Of a DNA stretch of 64,000 bases, positions 56,190 through 64,000 are shown in pieces (position 1 is the first letter of the stretch; the number at the start of each line of letters is the position of its first letter). The translations under genes and the position numbers were made by a program. Source of the stretch: Octopus vulgaris. Its lineage: Eukaryota. The stretch spans positions 90,396,001 through 90,460,000 of the forward strand of contig OX597824.1 in the NCBI GenBank assembly GCA_951406725.2, in the 5' to 3' direction. The notes under the pieces were generated by a model that made no database searches, was not told the DNA's origin, and saw only the letters and a program-made list of their open reading frames with translations.

Positions 56190-56203
56190 CCACCAGATGG
56201 CGC
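56190..56203 (+). promoter_or_regulatory. CTCF core motif match CCACCAGATGGCGC
   Basis: Close match to the bilaterian CTCF core consensus inside a unique island; binding not shown. Confidence 0.55.
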
Positions 56204-56534
56204 CTCTCTATGCCAGCAATTTCCAGCGAATTCTGAATCGCCACTTGACATCTTTCACTCCACAAGTCTCGGCCAGTCGTCATTGCCAACCAGAAAAAAC
56301 AACAGCAAAAATAAAAAAGTAAAAAATGCTAAAAAAAAAAAAACCCCCAAATAAAATGATGAAAGTAAGAATGAAATAAACAAAAGAAAAAAAGAAAGAT
56401 GAGCGAGGAGGAAATTGCTGATGATGTGTTGTGAAGTCCTGCAGTTCATTTTACGCCCAATCAAACTGTGTACAATGTAGTGGAAGAGTTAGCAAGGAGC
56501 AACGGAAGGGATATATATATATATATATATATGA

Positions 56535-56600
<66 letters not shown>

Positions 56601-56759
56601 ATATATGTATATATATATATATATATATATGTACGTACATACATACATACATAGGTATGTATATACATGTACACACACACACATATATATATATATACAT
56701 ACACACATACATATATATATATGTATATACATGCGCACATACATACATACATATATATA

Positions 56760-56794
<35 letters not shown>

Positions 56795-57112
56795 AGAGAG
56801 AGAGAGAGAGAGAAGGAAAATTAGGAGTAGAAGTCATTAAATAAATGGAACAAACAACTTTAGAAACAGTTCCTGCTGCTGCTGCTACTAATGCTACTAC
56901 TACTACTACTACTACTACTACTATTGTTACTACTACTACCACTACTACACTGTTTTCAGACACCCCACCGCCACCCTCACCACCCTCACCACTACCCCAC
57001 CCCAGTATTACTGATGCTACTATTATTAGTACTACGACTGCAATCACCCTCTATCTCCACAAGAAAAAAATAATCATCATCATCGTCATCATGATCATGA
57101 AGATCGTCGTCG

Positions 57113-57143
<31 letters not shown>

Positions 57144-58299
57144 CTTCATCATCATCATTATCATCATTATCATCATCCCCATTATCATCATCATCATCAT
57201 CATCATCATCATCGTCCTTGTCGCTGTCGTCGTCATCGTCGTCGTTAACAATTCTTGACTAAAATCTGTGTGAAAGTATTGAGAAAAGAGGAAAGAAATG
57301 GAGGAGGTGGAGGAGGAGAAGAAAGGTGAGGTGTAAAGAGGAAGAAGAAGAATGGAGAGGAAAGAGAAAATGGGTAAAAAAAAAGGAAAAGAACGAAACA
57401 TGAAGGAGAGATAAGAAGACGGAGAGGAGAGGGAAAAGTAAAGAGTGAAAGAGTAGAGAAAGAGAGTGTCAGAGAGAAGAAGAGGGAGCGGCAGAGAAAG
57501 ACAGATAGGTAGACAGACAGAGCAAGAGTGAGAGAGGAAAATAGGGAAACAGAGAGAGAAAGAGAGAGGGAGAGTGTGAGAAAGAAAGAGAGGGAAAGAG
57601 AACGAGAGAAAAAGAGGGAGGAGTGAAAGAGAGATTGAGGGAGACAAAGAAAGGAAAGAAGTTGAGGAAGCAAGAAATATCTTAAGTTCATCCATCTTCA
57701 ATTCCCGGCAAGTTGTTGTCGGTGTCGACCTTATTTGTTGTCTCGTCAGTTGTTGTAGTTGTTATTGGAGGACATTTTTCCTAACGTCCGAGCGATTGAC
57801 CAGAAATTAACTTCGCTTTTCCTCTCAAAATATATTGATTACATTTATCATTGGCTTTTGAACGTGATGCTGTAGCATTCATGCCTCTGTTTCAATGGTT
57901 TAAAATAACGATTGCCAACCTAACACATGGGTCGTTGCCAATACTGAGCCGGTGCACAATAGTTTGAATGTCTCTCGAAAACCAACAAAAAAACCCCCAA
58001 TAAATTCTAATGGCAACGTTGACTTTCAACTCGGACCTTCCCTAACCCAAACCCCAAACTGCTTCAGGTAACATCAACAGCCCAATTTCAGTTGAACACA
58101 CGCTGGGCGACCAACTAACTCATCTGCAAGCGAGTGGCCTAACTTCTTACCTGAAGAACTCTGAAGACTGGATGCTAAAGCTTGTTTCAAAGCATGACAG
58201 CAGCAAACAGTATTCAGTTACACACGAGGCCAAAAAAAAAACAAAAACTTTTAGGAATTCCAAATACAAGAAGTGCATGAATTCTTGCAGATGGCTGCC

Positions 58300-58890
<591 letters not shown>

Positions 58891-59205
58891 AATAGAAAAA
58901 ATAAACAACTATGTGGATTTAAAGTGGTAAATACGAAAGTTGTAGTCAATGAAGACAGTAGACAGGATACCAACAGTAATTGGTGCACTTGGAAGTATCA
59001 GCACTCAACTACCAACATGGCTGAAAAAGATCGGTGCAAGTGTGAAGGTGGAACACCTACAAAAACCAGCATTGCTTGGAACTACAAGAATTCTTCGCAG
59101 GGTTCTTGAAGCACGACCAGTAAACAAGTGTCACCTTAGTCTGCTGGCTGTGGACTGCTGCCACTTTCCATCATACACAGCAAAATAAGCTGAAAGTTTT
59201 TAACA
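58891..59205 (+). mobile_element. R4/Dong-like RLE element, extreme 3' fragment (variant X)
   Basis: IPTVIGALGSI...LQKPALLGTTRILRRVLE, short UTR, then (TAA)n. Confidence 0.88.
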
Positions 59206-59221
59206 AATAATAATAATAATG

Positions 59222-60768
<1,547 letters not shown>

Positions 60769-60769
<1 letters not shown>

Positions 60770-61153
60770 TACCAACACTATGGAATAACAACAGAAAAAA
60801 GATGGTATAGGCACACACCAGAAAAGGTCACAGAAAATGAGAAAGCAACCATACTCTGGGATATGCCAATACACACAGATAGAGAAATTAAGGCCAACAG
60901 ACCAGATATAGTTGTCAAAGATCATGAAGAAAAACAAAATGCTTTCTAATTGATGTATCAATACCGGCAGATGACAACGTGTCTCTAAAAGAAATGGAGA
61001 AACTTTCAAAATACAAAGACCTGGAAATAGAGGTAAATCGAATGTGGAGTCTAAAAACTAAAACAATTCCTATCATAGTAGGCGCATTAGGTATGATAAA
61101 AAATATTCAGACAAATACATAACAAAAACACAAGGACTTACAAATATATATAT
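60769..61153 (+). mobile_element. Second copy of variant Y (RLE domain only)
   Basis: Highly similar to ~60139-60515; starts directly after (TAA)n and lacks the 3' end. Confidence 0.92.
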
Positions 61154-61712
61154 TACCTGCCAATGTATGCCACTAGCCTAGAAAGAATATAAGGGACATT
61201 ATGACAACATAGCAAGGATGGTCTATTGACACATTGCAACAAGTATGGACTTGACAGAGCAAAAAAGTGGTACGAACATAAACCCGAAGGCATCATCGAA
61301 AATGATAATGCAAAGGTCGCATGAGATTTTATGATTCTGTGTGACCATGAGATAGAGAATAGGAAACCAGACATAGTGTTATTTGAGAAAGAAAGCAAAC
61401 TAAACTGAATCATAGATATAGCATGCCCAGCTGACAACAAGGCATGCGATAAGGAAGAAAGAAAAGTCGAGAGATATGACAGGTTGGCTTGGGAGGTTAA
61501 GCAGTTGTGGTCGATGAAAAAGGTAGCAGTAGTACCAATAATTGTCGGAGCCCTGGGAACATTGAGCAAAAATCTCGAGAAGTACATGGAACAAATTGGG
61601 GCTGCAATAAGGGTGGGGCTCTTGCAGAAAACAGCACTGCTTGGAACCGCTCGAGTACTCCGGAAGGTGCTCGAAAAATAAGGAGTGTTACCTTAGGTCA
61701 CTGGTAGTGGGC
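61154..61712 (+). mobile_element. R4/Dong-like RLE element 3' fragment (variant Z)
   Basis: KWYEHKPE...RKPDIV...IIDIACPAD...VPIIVGALGTL...LQKTALLGTARVLRKVLEK*; followed by CAA/TAA/GAA repeats. Confidence 0.92.
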
Positions 61713-61795
<83 letters not shown>

Positions 61796-62184
61796 GAAGA
61801 AGAAGAAGAAGAAGAAGAAGAAAAAGAAGAAGAAGAAGAAGAACAACAACAACAACAATGATAACAGCAACAACAACAATAGCAACAACAACAGTCATCA
61901 ATACCAGAAGTACACTAACACAAAAGCAACATCGGAAATATCAAACATCAACAACAACTACATCAGCAGCAATAACAAAAACAACATAGCCATGCCCACC
62001 ACCCAGGACACCAGCTAAATATCACCTCCACCATATCGCTACGAAGAAGAAGTAAAACAACAACAACAACAACAATAACCACAAAGGCCAACGTTAAGGT
62101 GCAATAATTGGAAATCCATTAAAGAAAAGATAGAAACTGAAGAATTCCCCTTCAAGGCTTCACCTCAAAATGACAGGTTCTGGC

Positions 62185-63003
62185 AGAGAAGAAGAAGAAG
62201 AAGAAGGAGAACAAGAAGGAGAAGAAGAAGAAGAAGAAGAAGAAGAAGAAGAAGGAGAACAAAAAGGAGAAGAAGAAGAAGAAGAAGAAGAAGAAGAAGA
62301 AGAAGAAGAAGAAGAAGAAGAAGAGAACAAAAAGGAGAACAAGAAGGAGAAGAAGAAAAAGAAGAAGAAGAAGAAAAAGAAGGAGAACAAGAAGGAGAAG
62401 AAGAAGAAGAAGAAGAAGAAGAAGAAGAAGAAGAAGAAGAAGGAGAACAAAAAGGAGAACAAGAAGGAGAAGAAGAAAAAGAAGAAGAAGAAGAAGAACA
62501 AGAAGGAGAACAAGAAGGAGAAGAAGAAGAAGAAGAAGAAGAAGAAGAAGAAGAAGAAGAAGGAGAACAAAAAGGAGAACAAGAAGGAGAAGAAGAAAAA
62601 GAAGAAGAAGAAGAAAAAGAAGAAGAAGAAGAAGAAGAACAAGAAGAAGAAGAAGAACAAGAAGAACAAGAAGAACAAGAACAAGAAGGGAAAGAAGGAG
62701 AAGAAGAAGAAGAAGAAGAAGAAGAAGGAGAAGAAGAAGAAGAAGAAGAAGAAGAAGGAGAAGAAAGAGAAGAAGAAGAAGAAGAACAAGAAGAACAAGA
62801 AGAACAAGAACAAGAAGGGAAAGAAGGAGAAGAAGAAGAAGAAGAAGAAGAAGAAGAAGAAGAAGAAGAAGAAGAAGAAGAAGAAGAAGAAGAAGAAGAA
62901 GAAGAAGAAAGAAGAAGAAGAAGAAGAAGAAGAAGAAGAAGAAGAAGAAGAAGAAAAAGAAGAAGGGAAAGTAGAAGGGGAAGAAGTAAAAAAAAAAAAA
63001 GAA
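62185..63003. repeat. ~820-bp (GAA)n-based polypurine tract with GGAGAACAA variants
   Basis: Almost purely A/G on the plus strand; landmark AAAAGGAGAACAAGAAGGAGAAGAAGAAAAAG recurs at 120-bp spacing (~62330, 62450, 62570). Confidence 0.95.
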
Positions 63004-63169
63004 ACGGAGTGGGGCAGGGAGGACGTGTTCTGTGTGTTTTGATAATTTCGGTATTTTAAAGGTTGATTGTAAAGTGGTGGATGTTAAGATTCTTAGGTTT
63101 CTGTTCGGCCAGGAAACAGAGGCAGTATTAGAAAAATAAAAGGGTTATTAAGAAATATAAGGGTTTTTA

Positions 63170-63335
63170 GGCGAAGGTGTGGCGGGGTGGTAACAAGCAT
63201 GCTTCCCAGCCATATGGTTCCGGGTTCAGTCTCACTGCGTGGCACCTTCGGCAAGTGCCTTCTATACTAGCCTCGGACCGTTTAAAGCCTTGTCAGTGGA
63301 TTTGGTACACGGCAACTGAGAGAAGCCCACCGTGT
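63170..63335 (+). mobile_element. SINE family 1, 5' half
   Basis: GGTTCCGGGTTCAGTCTCACTGCGTGGCACCTT...GGATTTGGTACACGGCAACTGAGAGAAGCCC. Confidence 0.82.
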
Positions 63336-63342
63336 GTGCGAA

Positions 63343-63378
<36 letters not shown>

Positions 63379-63794
63379 CGCACATACAAACATACAAACA
63401 CACACATTTATATTAGCTATTTGAGTATATACAGCATTGATAGGCAGTTGCTGTTGTGTTAGTCCTGAGATAACATCTCTGATGGACATGCGGATAATCG
63501 CAACATTCGCAACCACCCAGAAGCTTCCGCAATATTTCTTCCGGTATACACAATTGAGGTTGTGTTCATAGAAAATAACCATCAATGCATCATGTCATCA
63601 ATGGCAGACTATTGGGTCTTCAGACGACCAGATTGCATACGTCTAGTCATTTGTAGGGCAGTTTTGGATGTAGCTGCTTCCGGTAATGCGCAACATAGTG
63701 TAGGAGCACGGTCTACTTATAAGGAAGTGGTTTGTCTTCTTTAGATCAGTTGCGGTTGTTGGGGAGGAGATAAATTCTAGAGGTAACACATACA

Positions 63795-63892
<98 letters not shown>

Positions 63893-64000
63893 AACACATA
63901 CACACACAGATCAATGAAAGCTAAAAATAAAAATTCTATATTCGCGGGAATTAGGTGTTAAAGGAAGAATCGGGTTCGGATTTTCATAAGGATTTACGCA

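Noticed and set aside
62170-63042. 290-aa Glu/Lys-rich protein
   Set aside because: A GAA repeat that lacks T cannot contain stops; no domain or splice support.

Overview
Eukaryotic, AT-rich, microsatellite-saturated DNA. The SINE families and repeat load point to an octopus (coleoid cephalopod) genome, which is an inference. I can support no intact host protein-coding gene, tRNA, rRNA or recognisable conserved miRNA, and most ORFs in the track are translations of simple repeats. The real coding remnants are all transposon-derived: several R4/Dong-like restriction-like-endonuclease (RLE) non-LTR retrotransposons associated with (TAA)n tracts, including a head-to-tail train at 58.9-61.7 kb; Tx1-like L1-clade pieces in (TCTA)n/(ATC)n tracts; a Penelope-like RT with an inverted endonuclease-end fragment; and one Tc1 and two mariner relics. 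There are also many tRNA-type SINEs, a 416-bp MITE (perfect 28-bp TIRs, 8-bp TSD, internal TTAGGG repeats), a 30-bp minisatellite with higher-order structure and a ~150-bp-arm foldback. Best leads: (1) one SINE body occurs with two alternative 3' tails, one of which matches the 3' end of the local Tx1-like LINEs and is usually followed directly by another copy of the same SINE, suggesting a self-targeting SINE/LINE pair; (2) retroelement clades sort by microsatellite type and strand; (3) short unique islands carry ETS, CCAAT, YY1, GC-box and CTCF-like motifs, suggesting a dispersed cis-regulatory landscape.
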